Origin: Psilocybe cubensis
Lineage: Eukaryota
Length of the DNA stretch: 64,000 nucleotides
Direction of reading: 5' to 3'
Assembly (NCBI GenBank): GCA_017499595.2
Contig: CM038999.1
Coordinates: forward strand, 3,472,001-3,536,000
The notes beneath the pieces were generated by a model that ran no database searches, was not told the DNA's origin, and saw nothing but the letters and a program-made list of their open reading frames with translations. Within the stretch, counting starts at the first letter, position 1, and each line of letters begins with the position of its first letter. Both the position numbers and the translations under genes were made by a program. This document shows positions 25,061-37,966 of this stretch, piece by piece.

Positions 25061-25633
25061 CTGAGCGATATTGGTGGTGGTATCCAAGGTTCAATTGCCA
25101 GCAGGATTCCAAGATGGAGGCTTTTGTCGCTGTCAAAGTTCTGACTCGAAATTGTTATCGCGACTGTTATCTAATCTCGCCTTTTTTTTTAGTAGCAAAT
25201 GCCTTTTAAGGTCCTTTTTCCCGAGCAGCAAAAATGGCCGCAACAAAGTTAGCTGAACTAGTGGTTTGCCTGCTAGTTTGCATATGTGTCTTCTTCCCAT
25301 TGGATGACTACCATATTACAAAGTACACTAGTCTGTTAGCTAAATGGTACAGGGAAATTTTGCCGCTTCTAAGTATGAGAAGAGCGTTACCTTTACCATT
25401 CTCTGAGGATGTGGTGACTGAAATATATGTATATCCCCCAAAAATGTTACACACCCTGATATTAGGGAGTAGCGAGATACATGGTTCTATAACATCGTTG
25501 TGGGCAAGCGTTCAATTAATGGGCCTACGAGTCAATTCGATTTGAATGGTCGTCAAGTCAATGGTGAGCATCATAAGACGTTCGAAATTGGCCGAGCATG
25601 CCACAAAAAAACATTGTTTCAATCGTTTCAAGA

Positions 25634-25989
25634 TCAGGCTGAACCGAGAATGTTCTTCTCTTTATATGCAGTTTCTTTTCCTGTGTTATCATTCCTGATG
25701 AGGTAACGAGGCTCATTTTCGGAAGCCTAAAAAAGAATTAAACATAGAGTACGAGTAATAATGGTGATAAACTTACCTTGGCACTAACACCAGTCGACCC
25801 AAGAGGCTGCGTTTCAGTGATAATATCTATAATTTCTCCAGTGGTCGTGGAGGTTTCGTTGCCGTCAATGGGCTCGCCACCAATGGCACGGTATTTGACA
25901 TGGTCGCCAGTCTATAGAAACGGATAAGCTATGTTAGAGCCAGCCATACTGAAAGAAAGAAGCCTTGCTTTAAATTTTGTAGTCACCAT
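25634..25989 (-). CDS. Small Hva1-like (hypervirulence-associated TUDOR/DUF2945-like) protein, ~82 aa
   Basis: Not in the ORF track. Exons 25969-25989, 25777-25911 and 25634-25726 give MVTTKFK|TGDHVKYRAIGG...TTTGEIIDIITE...VSAK|ASENEPRYLIRNDNTGKETAYKEKNILGSA. The first intron must be GC-AG. Confidence 0.75.
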
Positions 25990-26692
25990 GGTTTACAGAG
26001 ATTGGGAGAGGTTGAGACTGGGATGCAAGTGTTGTGTCCCGACACATTCCAGTCTGTGATTTATACGCATATCGATGATTTTAAACACCGAAAATTATCA
26101 GCGCGATGACCTTGGTATGACATAGAAGTCAAACATTGCGTTGAAACTTCCTCCCCATAGACAGAGGTTTCGAATGAACCAACCGAGCGATCATGGTGAA
26201 TCGTGGAGACCTCATGGACGAAGATCCTTTCCCTTTTCGATTCATGCACCCTCCACTCAATCGATAGTGAATGCCTTCCGGGTAGGAGACCGACATGCTC
26301 TAGAACGAGGTCTTTTAGCAGCTAGATCGAGTAAAGAAGAAAGACATGGTTCAAGGTTAACCTCGCGCGTTTGTCCGGAGCTGGAATTTCTCCAGCAAAT
26401 TTCAGCTCCGTTTTGGCTCCGTTTCGAATTTTAATTATTTTATTGATGCTTTACATAATCATAGTATTTATATTATTAATTAATAATATTTTATGTTAAT
26501 ATTATCCACCCCAATCGGGGGTTTTTTTAGGCAGTATTACGTAAGTTTTCCTTTCAAGCCAGAGCACAACAACATTCCCGATCACTACGTCTACCGTCCA
26601 ATTAACAGAAGGCTTTGACCAGGTCGTCGACTACAAGCCAAGTCGGCTCTCGTAGACCCGACGTTATCTTGCTTCTAACATAATTTTTCAAG

Positions 26693-27698
26693 ATGATTTC
26701 GAGGTTCGCTAAGTCCTTAATGCTTGTCGTGTTTGCTATGGTGAGGCCAAATATTCTCAAGGTTGAAGGATACTAGAGTGACGGAACTGCTCTTTTGCAC
26801 AGCTTGTATTAACTATGATTGCGCTGGTACACCCACCCTCCCGGTCTTACCTCGATTCACGGACGGGTCAATTATTTGGAGAAGGAGGAGTGGAACAGAC
26901 CCTGCACCCAGAAACGAATGCAAAGACGCCTGTCATCAGCGGCGTGCATGGCAAGGTTATTATGGGAAAGCTGGGCAACGAAACAGCGAAGTTCGTTATT
27001 TTCTCTGAACTTCTGTGAAGCATCTAAATCGTGTTACTTCTTCCAGAGCTGCCCTTGGGCGTGCTACGTGGAAACTATTGTGAGTCCTATTCACGCCTCA
27101 CCACCCCATGTTGTTCTGAAATCAATAGACATACCATGACATTACGATACCCTGAGGTGTGCGCACTCTAGGCCAAGTTGGACATATAAAGGCTCATTCT
27201 AGCACTACTAAGCATCCCACACCTGATGAACGAGAGGCGCTAAACTCCTACTTCTATTTGAGCTCCAGATTGTATCCATGTGGCGAATGCGCCGCTGAAT
27301 TCCAACAACTTCTCGAAAAGTACCCTCCGCAGGTAAAATTAATACCTTTTGGATTTTGTAAACTATATCTCACTGTTGCTATTGCTATAGACATCTTCTA
27401 GACGCGCTGTATCTCTTTGGTGCGAGGTCATCTGAATATCCCTTTTGCCTCCATGCTGATCACCTTGTCGATGTAACTCAGGCTATGCGCTCTCCACAAT
27501 CAAGTGAACGCTCGACTCAACAAGCCTGAATTTGACTGCGCTCATTTGAGTGACGAGTATGATTGTGGCTGCGGCGACGATCCAGTGGACGCTGAAAAAT
27601 CATCCCCTAAATCCAACAACATCGATCCTATGGATCTTGAAGATGATCAGAGCAAAGACGACATCACAGGCGTTGACATGATTCGGGGAGGTCGATAA
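26693..27698 (+). CDS. ERV2: Erv1/Alr-family FAD sulfhydryl oxidase, ER type
   Basis: Hydrophobic N-terminus, LGRATWKLL, SRLYPCGECA, HNQVNARLNKPEFDC and a C-terminal CGC; several micro-exons. Confidence 0.92.
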
Positions 27699-28127
27699 CA
27701 GGTGCTTGGTCTTAGTATAATTTATAAATCTCGTGGATGACTGGAACTCTGGTTAATTTTTCTTCTGTTGGTTTTTTTCGTCATGCTTGATGTTTTGTGT
27801 ACAATAATCTTGTATTATACCACATTCTATCAATTTTGGGTTACGGTCGACGGAAACCCAACGTGGATTTACAGTTAGAAATTTGTGAATGTTACATGGA
27901 TTCTTGGATCAAGTACATAAGCTGCTGACGGAATAGACTTGCAGCCAAACCATCACAAATTATGTTGTCGCGTCCTTTTCCTGACGCGTTTTGCCACGAC
28001 GTCTCGCCTTCAATCCCACCCCAGATGCCTTTCAAGGCCACAAAATCTCAGGAGTATTTGTCGTCCATGCGCAAACCAAGTACTACGCAGAAGTAACGTG
28101 GCTTCGGTTTCGCTGGCACCAGTCTCG

Positions 28128-30385
28128 ATGAGATTTGCCACGGTCACCATTAATAGAGGGCTGTTCACCGTGGCACGAGGCTCTTGCCATCCTCTAAACT
28201 TGCCTCTCGCTCCCATTTTTTCATCTCGACGACATTCATCCAGTATGACTCCTTCTAACCAAGGCGGCGCTGCAGCGAAAAGTAGCATCGTGCACGAGTC
28301 CTACACCATCAAAGGTGAGACTTCTTACAGTTTCAAACCAATATCCTCAGCTGATGATTCGAGCAAGAGGGATTAAAGATCATTGAGAGGTTCTTCTCCG
28401 TTCCTTTGGATTACAGCAAACCAAAGGGAGAAAGGATCACGATTTTTGCGAGGAATGTGATACCTAAATCCAAGGCACCTAAACAAGAGGATGAGGCAAA
28501 ATTGCCTTTTTGTGAGTTCACTCCTCCATCTGGTTGCTATATAACTCTCTGAACCGGATGGCATGTTCAGTGGTGTATCTGCAAGGTCTGGAAGATTGAA
28601 GCTCAATGAAATGGGCGAAGTAAGGTTGAATGGTAATTTCGGTTTAGGTGGACCTGGTTTCGAAATAAATCTGCCTTCCAGTGGTGGTTACGTTGGAGAG
28701 GTGTGGCCCATGTTTTAAAGTCCTGGTCCAAATCCTAACCACAGCTTTTTAGATACACGACAAGGGATACCAGGTCCTTGGCTTACTGTTCTATATGTTA
28801 AAGCTATGCTGATGAATTATGCAACAGACACTTTGGGTCGATCAGAGGGGAACAGGATTGAGCACGCCTTTGTCACCCGATACTTTACCAGAACATGTGA
28901 AAACCGACGAGGAGATTGCACAGTACCTGAAACATTTCCGAGCGGATAATATCGGTATTTTGTTGAAGTCGGTGTCATACGATGCACCCCGCTGACCTTT
29001 GCTTTGTTCTGGTTACAACAGTAAGAGATTGTGAATTTATCCGGTTGGAATTGTTAGGGCACAAAGAATTACCAGAAGACAAAAAGTGGACATTATTGGG
29101 TCAAAGCTTTGGTGGCTTCTGTGCAATTACATATTTGTCATTCCACAGCGAGGGCGTGAAGGAAGTTTTTATCACCGGAGGCTTAGCCCCTTTGGTAGAA
29201 CAACCTGACCTGGTGTACGAGACTGTAGTCCGTAGGTGTTTTCCATGGATGCGAACTTTCGGGGTATTCTGATATTCTGCCGGTCAAAAGACCAAGTTCT
29301 CAAGCGCAACGAGGCTTACTATAGAAAGTATCCACAGGACATCAAACGCGTGAATGCTGCCACAGTGCTTGATTCAGCTACAAGGCTTATGGATATCTTT
29401 AGATACGGGATATCCTTGCTTACCTGGACTCGACTGAAGTTATCCTTCCTAATGGGGGGCAGTTGACGCCGCGTCGATGGCAGCAACTAGGCATTAACTT
29501 CGGGATGCATGGTTAGTGAACTTATTCGAGGTGTGTTCTTTGAATGGCTCTAATTCCCAATGTTATCAGGTGGTATTGATTCTGTTCATCGTAAGTTTCC
29601 CCTTGCTCAATTAGTGGTAGGTCTCAGCGAACCATGGCAGAACTTGTCTTCCGGGCCTCCAACGACCTGGCTCTTTTTAAGAAAATTTCTTACAAAACTC
29701 TTCAAAGCATTCAGAACCAACAAACGTTTGATGGAAACCCCTTATATGCCATTTTGCACGAACCAATATATTGTCAAGGGTGAGCCAATGCTTTCCCAGA
29801 TCCATCTGTTGTTTAATCCCATACGTGATGTAGCCAAGCGGCAAACTGGTCAGCAGCTCGGACAGTACAGAATTTTGATAGCTTCTCTTGGCAGAAAGTT
29901 AAAGCACAAGACGATTCTTCCCCCATATTCTTCACAGGAGAAATGGTTCGCCTATTTCCGTTGATTTTCTGGATCGCGAATTCGGTTTTCTGATTCCTAG
30001 ATCTAATAATAGATCTTTCCTCATATGTTTGACGACTACACCAATCTTCGCCCATGGAAAGGTGCTGCGGAGATTCTAGCCAGGGATTCATCTTGGGGTC
30101 CTCTCTATGATCTGGATCAGCTCAAAAAGAATGAAGTGAAAGTTTCTGCTGTCACGTATGTTTATTTTTCCGTTTTGTATAGCCTTTTATTGTTACACTA
30201 ATTCACGAACGAACAGATACTTCAACGATATGTACGTGGACTTCAGTCTTGCACAAAGAACTGCGGCGACAATACAAAACACGGAACAATACATTACGAA
30301 CCAACTCGTTCATGACGGCATCCGCAAGGACTCCGTCGATGTTATGAGAAAGCTATTCAAACTCTCCAAACGAGAATTTGATTGA
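28128..30385 (+). CDS. Proline iminopeptidase (alpha/beta hydrolase, S33-like)
   Basis: VPLDY, YLQGGPG, DQRGTGLS, FRADNIVRDCE, LGQSFGGF nucleophile elbow, YFNDMYVD, HDGIR; many small exons. Confidence 0.9.
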
Positions 30386-30841
30386 TTAAGGGTTTTCGAC
30401 ATCTTGCTCTGCAACATGAAGCTGACTATGTATTTCTTTTTCTATCACCATCAAACCAGTGTATATTACTACTACTGGTCCTCATTGAATTTCACGTCCC
30501 ACAAATGAATGCTGTCCGGTGCCTCGTTCAGAGGCGTGTGCACCATAACCGCCTCTCACGATGTCTGTTCATGTAGACTCAAATGAATAGCACAGCCGTC
30601 GATATGCATCATGCAGGTTTACTCTTTGGCGTCTAAAGGTATTCTCTATGACCGACGGTTAATTTAAGACTTCAGACAGCAATCCAGTGGGTGGCGCACC
30701 CCTGGGAATTGAAGTTATGCTTACCGACCTGCGCGTTCCGATTGAATGATTATCGATTATCAGCTAGTCTGTCTCCAATAACAATGCAAATCGTGCGCTA
30801 CATAACCTCTGCATACATCCCTGTGCTTGCTAGTGACACAA

Positions 30842-32146
30842 TCAACTAAAAATTATAACAAGCACCATGATACCAAACGCCAGTTGGACCGACATTCCTT
30901 GTGTTGCTGATTCGGCGAAATTGGAGCTTGAAGTAGTTCCTGTGTTCCCGTTTACAGCTGCCACTGTACCGCATCCGGCTACAAAGTCTGTCAGTTAACT
31001 AATTAATACGACAATACCGTAGGTCTTACCGGTTTGCCACACATCGCAGACCTTCCCAACCGTGGATGAAATCGTAGAAGCAGTTTTGGTTTCGACACAA
31101 CCTTCTTCGACGAGTGAAAGGGCGCCCTAGGCCCCGGGAAGCTCCCCTAGGGGCGTATCGACTTTTCGCGGATTTGAGACCTGAAAAAATAGCATTTTAC
31201 TGTCCGTTTTTCGCGGATTTGAGAGGTCCGGAGGCCTACCTTTGACCGGGGCACTGCGGATTTGAGGAGAAGAATCTGCATAGGCGGCTGGTCTGGCCGG
31301 CAAATAGGGCGCGCTGCCAAATATGGACAAAAATTAGTTTCCTTGTGAGGACATAAACGCTTTCTGACTGCCAAAAACAGAAGAACTGTGAAAAAGACTG
31401 CTTGAAAAAAGCTGTAGAATTTTTTGCGCCTTTTTTTTGCTCCTTTGACTCCATCCGAGGGTGAGAAAAATTACCTAAATAAGAAGGTCTTGGCAAAATG
31501 ACCGTCCGGTTTCGCGGATTGGAGACCCAAAATCTCGCGGATTTCAGACAAATATTTTGGGTCCGGCGGGGATACGCCTGTAGGGGAGCTTCCCGGGGCC
31601 TGGCGCCCTCTGCAAGCTCAGGCATAAAGAATGTGATGGCAGCTCCAATCCCTGCAACGATGGCACTTGGCTTTCCGTTATCGCATAGCTTGCCGAGGAC
31701 ATCGTTGATGTTACTGCTCGCCTTGCAGGCATCATTGATACCGTCTTGCTGATTAGGGCAGGATTGGGTGACTGTCCTCGTGCCACACACGTCTGCAAAG
31801 TCGCCGCTTAGCACAGGACCGCACGTGTAGCAAAATAGCCAGCTAACAAATTGATTCAAAGAAAAGACTTGTCTGTGAGCTCATAGGAGTTTCAAAGAAC
31901 AATGGTTGCCTACGGGGTTCCGTCGAACGTCTCAGGAGTGTAGCAAAGGCAGTTTGGTGTATAGACAGGATTAACGATATCAGCGGCGAGAGGACAAAAG
32001 GAGTCCGATACTGCAGGACCTGCGTTTTGAACAGTTCCCTGAAAGCATGCAGACGGGCAGTTGAATTGAGAGGCTCCTATGTGAATTAATCCTGACAAAA
32101 AGAGAATAGTTGGGAGGATATTGACTCGGAAGAAATTTGGCGACAT
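30842..32146 (-). pseudogene. Secreted Cys-rich, probably GPI-anchored protein interrupted by a MITE
   Basis: Signal peptide MSPNFFRVNILPTILFLSGLIHIGAS and many Cys. Excising 31129-31601 plus one TSD restores ...MPELAEGALSLVEEGCVETK..., which splices to a Ser/Thr tail and hydrophobic C-terminus (LAFGIMVLVIIFS). Confidence 0.8.
31129..31601. mobile_element. Non-autonomous DNA transposon (MITE), hAT-like, 473 bp
   Basis: ~31-bp terminal inverted repeats AGGCCCCGGGAAGCTCCCCTA..GGCGTATC (2 mismatches); 8-bp flanking direct repeat GGCGCCCT (31121-31128, 31602-31609); internal (TC)GCGGATT repeats; no transposase. Confidence 0.9.
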
Positions 32147-33723
32147 TTTGCTAGCCAGGCAGGAGTGTCTGGGAAGGGAGATGGAGTATTAGAATATATC
32201 ACTTCTTTATATAATGAAAAAACATGTGTTATCGATGTGAAGACCAAGAGTCAATAGTGATGAAGTAGTTCTATCTTTGCAATTGGTAGATAGCGCCCAT
32301 TCGGTTCGGCAATGTTTCCGACTCCAAGGGCGCTTAAGTTGAATAGATCAGAGGCAAGAACGCGTCTTGCAAAAAGAAAGCCTTCACCCTCACATCTTCG
32401 TCCAAGAAGGTTTTCAAGGTCGCTCTTTGACGTTGTCTTGCTGAAAATAAGAGCATGCAATCCACCAATGGTTTTTACTCTTGGTTGAGCAGCGATGAGC
32501 GATGGAGTGGCAGTGAGATATTTTTATACATTCTGGTGAATTACATCCCTCGTTTACACAGCGTGTCTTCCGGAGTCAACTAAATGCCGGCGACAAACAA
32601 GAACAATTCTGAACGCGTTGTGATGTATAAATACAAATTTCAATTGTAATACTTCGATAGGAAACCAGACCGAATCCTCGAGGCGCATTGCCTTCGTGGC
32701 TGTAGATCTTTGCTGTCAACAACTCAACTTCTACTAATTAGTCGAGGTCAGTAATAGAATGCCAGGCGTCTAATGCTGCTGAAGTTCATGAAAAGCCGAG
32801 AAAGTGAAACATATACTCGAAACAGTGTTTTGACGCCCTATGCAGACCGAAGCCCTGCACCTCGGGCAAACTAGCGGGTTGAACTGGGCTGAAAGCACGG
32901 CAAAGCCGCAGCCAAACAGAGATGCTCTAGTAGAATCTTGCGGCATCACAAGCGTCGGCAGGCGGTAAGTTCACACAGGGCGCCATTTCCCCACGGGTGA
33001 TGTAGCTTTGCAGGCACGTTCTTACTTAATGCCAACGGGGCCCAACCCATACAGTGAACCAGCTCGCCTGGTAGAAATATGCAGAAGGATTCCATTTCTT
33101 TTATTTCATCTATTGCATCTGGGATTATAATTTATACGCCAGTCACTGTTCGCAATGCATTACATACTATAGCTTTTTTTGTTGTCATAAAGTCCGACTG
33201 AAGGATTGCTACCATGTAGGTCTATGCTCTCTAATATCTCCTTATTCTATCTCTGGCCCCATCTTGGGTTCTATGCTGTGTATGACATGGGGTCTAAATT
33301 TTTACTCTGTCAGTGGCCTCGTGATCACCTGAAATCATTCAAATCTTTATCCCTATATTGGTATTCGCCTGTACGCCTAACATCAAGTGGCATAACAGGC
33401 ATAATCCTGTTGAGGATAAACGGATTTTCGTTTCTAAATTCTCGGAGAAGATCTCTACACTCCCATATCTGGGCATTGCCTTTAAAGGTTAGAGCGGCAT
33501 CCGAAAGACAGCGTGAACGCATGTTTACGGAAACGCTTCGGACTATCTGAATTGTATAAAGACTGAAAATAATTCATTCTGAAAGGCAGTTGAAAATAGG
33601 CCCCTGTATCTTGGTACGTTCTTGATGACTTCCATCCCACCTCACGACAACTATTCGTGCTATGATGCATTATTGTTTTCCACTCGAGTGACTGACTGTT
33701 TCCTATGCAGAATCCTTTTCACA

Positions 33724-33915
33724 ATGAAGCTATCTTGGGCAATAATCGCGACCGGGTTATCGTTTTCGCTCCGAAGTATCAATGCTAGTCCAGCTCCAAC
33801 TAGCTGTTTAAGTTTATGCATGTCAGGACCTTTGCCATGCCCATTTCCCATGAAGTCAGTAGAGTTGACGGATGGATGCTTCACATGCTGTCCCGATAGC
33901 AATCAACAATTATGA
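33724..33915 (+). CDS. Small secreted cysteine-rich peptide (63 aa)
   Basis: Signal-peptide-like MKLSWAIIATGLSFSLRSINA, then a C-x3-C-x6-C-x12-C-x2-CC pattern. Confidence 0.7.
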   Translation: MKLSWAIIATGLSFSLRSINASPAPTSCLSLCMSGPLPCPFPMKSVELTDGCFTCCPDSNQQL

Positions 33916-34177
33916 TGGCCATACAGTACAGACCACAATGTAAATACTCCATAAATATGGGTATCTTCGTGGTACTCGACACCATAACTTGATTCAATAA
34001 CTGGAAATATGCAGGGACGGTCAAAGTTATAATGTAATAACATCGCAATAAATCCAAGAGATGTTTCGCATGTTAAAATATATCATACAATTTGTAACAA
34101 TCTCAGGTCAAAATGAAAAAAATGAAAGGCCATCAAGATATCGATATACACTGAATCCAGACTCCAATCATCATTGT

Positions 34178-35396
34178 TCATATCGGGTTTCTAGAAATCT
34201 TCTTCCCTTTTTTCTTCCTCCCTCCACCAATAGTGCCTATGGGGACCGAGAGCAAAAATCTCAATTCCTGAGGTACAAAGAGAGATCATCAGCCGCACTG
34301 GTGATTACGTACTTGTAGGAAGAGGTGGCGAAGTGTTCAAACCGCCACTTGGGGCTCCGGCTAAATCTTGAAACTCCTCTTGAAAGCCTTCTTCGATTAA
34401 AGGCTTGATTCGACACCGACAATCGAGAACCTCATGATGATATCCGTAGTATATGTTGCATGTACCACAGTGATAGCCAGATGAAGATCGTCCCTGCCTG
34501 AGGTTGGTTAACATGTTTTTGTCACGCACGAACATGATTTTTGCAATCGTTTCCCAGTCCAACTGTATGCCAGATGGGTCGCGTAAATTCTTTATATCGA
34601 GATTTGGATTCTGAGCGAGGGTTATGTATTCATCCTTGAGCCAATCTACAACGCGATATGTGCGGCCCAAAATGATGCGCTCTGGAATTGGCTTATCCTT
34701 TAAAAGGATAGACAGCCGGGTAATTGCTTGCTCGCGTATCTGGATATCCTTAGAACTGCACCAACTGATTTAGAGACGCTCTTACGTGTGTAAATTCCCA
34801 CATAGTAGCCAAGTTCAGAATCCCTACCCAATCTTCGTACGAAGTGACCACTGACGGACCCATGCTTTGATAAAGACTGCGTTAATAGGACAGGTATTGC
34901 GACAATTTAATTTGCGACTTACAATGGATACAAAATTTTCAAAAAGGCTCGGAACTCTGAGGCAACCACCCCAGGAAGGAATATGGGATTGGTCAAACTG
35001 TCACCTTCAGCAAATGGTTGTTCGTCATCGTCTGAAGGAGTAGGCAAGGCAAACATGGCCTCAAATGGTGTTCCAGGAACCATGAACCCATTCTTGAGAA
35101 CCTGGAAGAGGGTGTTCTCCACCTGTACAAATGGCGTAGGTCGGAAGCATACAAGTAGATAAACAGATTTGAATCACCTGGAATACAACGATTTGGAAGT
35201 TGAATAAGCCATCCAGACGTGCTACGGGAGCTTCATTACTTGGTCCTGCGTTAGGTTCCCGAGAGTCAGTAGAATTTGGGGCCGGACTGGATATATGAGG
35301 AGTCCTGGGACGACTGGAGTCCCCGTTGACCGAGCTCGGCACAGGGTTCTCAGGAGATGTAGACGGAAGCTCAACAGGCGATCCCCAAAGAGACAT
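34178..35396 (-). CDS. Agaricomycete BTB/POZ-domain protein
   Basis: FNFQIVVFQ|VENTLFQV...FRAFLKILYP|...WVGILNLATMWEF|IREQAI...LDWETIAKI...CGTC; last exon ends GGGRKKKGKKISRNPI. Confidence 0.85.
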
Positions 35397-35858
35397 CTGA
35401 AGCAGAGGTGAAGGAAAAGATTCACTGAAGGGAAGTCGAATGGAACTACCGCTTTATAAAGTTGATGATATGGGCGCCTAAATTAAAGGTCCGACACTCT
35501 TCTGAATAGTATCGATGGCACGAGGCGACCTCGAGGATAATCGATGCCACCAAGTGGTGTAAGCCTGACCTATCTTTGAATCGTTCTAGAAGTGACCAGA
35601 ATCGACCAGAATCGACCATACAAACCAGACTCAAGCCCTGCGCCTGGAAACCAGCTACGAAAGTTTTGGAGCAAAGCACATGAGATTGTTGGAGCCAAAT
35701 AATTCGAAAATAAACATTAGAGTACTTCTGCCGTTAAATTAGAGGAATAAGAAAACGTTTCCTTTCTCGTTATTATTTTTTTCATTCTCTATAGTGGTTT
35801 CAGTCTTTAGAAAAAGAAGGAACGACGTGTCAGCCAGGGTGATCATTCTTTCAAGTGT

Positions 35859-37966
35859 CTAGGGAGATATGGCGACGTATGCGTTGAAGTTGTACACTCC
35901 TGGCCGGCTCTCGAATCTGTACGCCATTGGGTTACACACCACAACAGTCTTGTTATCGCGAATTAGGGACACCTTCATACCCTCGTCTGCTTTGAGTTCA
36001 AAGGAAAGCTTGGTCACGCCGGCCTTAACGTCGTAATTCTTCTTGTCTGCGCTGTTCTCATTTGTGTAAACCGAGATCCTAGCGGGAGCGGTCGCAAATA
36101 CTACAATCCAGGCAGTATCATCCGTCTGCATGTATTCACGCATCGTCAGTTATCATAGTACCCGCTGTACTATCAAATATGTATGCTTACCAATTCCCAG
36201 TTGTTTGGACGAGGGACTGGGTCTGCAGACGTTGCGTGCTTTGGGTGAGGTCGCGCCCACATGAAGACTCTGTCCTTGGTTATGGCAGGGTATTTCCCAG
36301 TTTGGAACGCTTTGGTATAATATTGAGTCAGAGGCAACCAAGCTTCATGAGGGTAACCGTCGACCCATGCTTGAGAGTTGGGTTGGGCGCCCTACGAAAG
36401 TCAAAAGAAATTACGATGATGACCAGTTAAAAGGAATACCTTAATGGGTCCAATGTAGTGAGATTCGCCATAGTCTAAAAACGTATTTTCTTGTGAATTT
36501 ATATTAGCAACGACGGAAAGATTGCATTTTACCATTCCATGATATAATTTGAGCGATGTCGATGTTATCTCGCATCGAAATTAACTGTTCCCATCGCCGA
36601 ACGTAGAGCCAGTCGTCCCCACGATATATCCACTAAACGCTATTTGTGAGAATTATCGTTAGGACAAAGAAACCTTGGACGCACGTTCTTATTCCAGGAA
36701 TTGACACCATAATGCTAAGGAGGAAGAAAAAAGTTAAAATATATGGGATGGAGAGGAAGATATGACCTTACTGTAAAAAACCAGGGGGATACTGCTGCCA
36801 TAAAGGTACGGCCACCAGAAAGGTTCTGTAAATGTGACTGGTCGGAATCAAGGGAGGGATTTTCTATTTCGTGACGTGGTGAGCCGGCATGCAAGTGGAT
36901 GGGCCATCCACCATTCCACTACATTATAACCAAAAGGTTACTTATATGTGATGTATCGAAGTGGCTTATCACTGACATTGAAGGCGCCATCCATAGCGGA
37001 AATACCATGATAGCGCGATGGATTGATGAAGAAAGACGGAATGAAGTAGATCTTATAGATATGACGTCCGTGAAAAAAAAGACCAAACCAGAAGGAGAAG
37101 AACTTACCGGGACAATTTTACTGAGCTCCGATTTTACGTATGCCCAACCGTTTTCCATGCTTCCCCGCCCAAACGAGTTATTCTCTCCTGAAAACGTGGA
37201 CACGACAACCCCGTTGGTTCGGGGATGTCTAAACATTCGAGGGCTTTTATAGTTTGCAGAAATGTATTCACGAAAGATCCAAACATCATCAGAAGACCCC
37301 CCAGGAATTGAGCTTGATAATACAGCCAAAGTCAATATGAAAGCTAGACAGAAGAGCGACCGAATCGTACGTCATGTCAAAACTAAAGAAGAATTTAAAA
37401 TTGGTGGACTCTGGTAGACGCTTTGACGCTGCAAAACAATCTGCGCAGCGCTGCCTCTGCCAATCTTCTCTCCCTACATTTAGGACAAACCCATCTCTGG
37501 AAGAAAGGTGTCAGCATAAAGAACACATTCTCACGAAAACAACGTACATATTATATGAAGCGGCAAGTTTGATATCTTGATACCAGTCATCAATGGTGTA
37601 GGGCTAGAAATACGTCTGTCAGATTTTGGACTCCAGTGACCACTTTAAATTACGGACGTAGGTATTCCCGACCATGAAACTGTTGAATGAAAGTAAAAAT
37701 CAACGATTCCGCGAAAGAAGGAACAAGTATACATACTGGGCAAAGACATAGTTCCTCGTCGCGGAAGTGGCGACTTCTTCATCAACGACTGCAGGATCAT
37801 CGATCTTAACATCTCTTTGTTCTACCGGAGTCGTATTCGCAGTCCATTGATACCCTTTTGATTCAGGCCTCACTCCGGTACGGAAGAATCCCAGTGCACG
37901 TTGGACCTTGCTTGGCGAATCTGCCTTGCTGGATGTCGTTTCCATGGGTTTCGTCGAGTTTGACAT
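35859..37966 (-). CDS. Glycoside hydrolase family 71 alpha-1,3-glucanase
   Basis: YVFAHFMVGNTYP, DGFVLNVG, FFFSFDMT, VSTFSGE, MAAVSPWFFTHY, WNDYGESHYIGP, YNFNAYV; multi-exon. Confidence 0.9.

Noticed and set aside
25061-25090. Non-AUG N-terminal extension of the Asn-tRNA ligase
   Set aside because: Only about 10 codons are open before an in-frame TGA, and they do not resemble a presequence.
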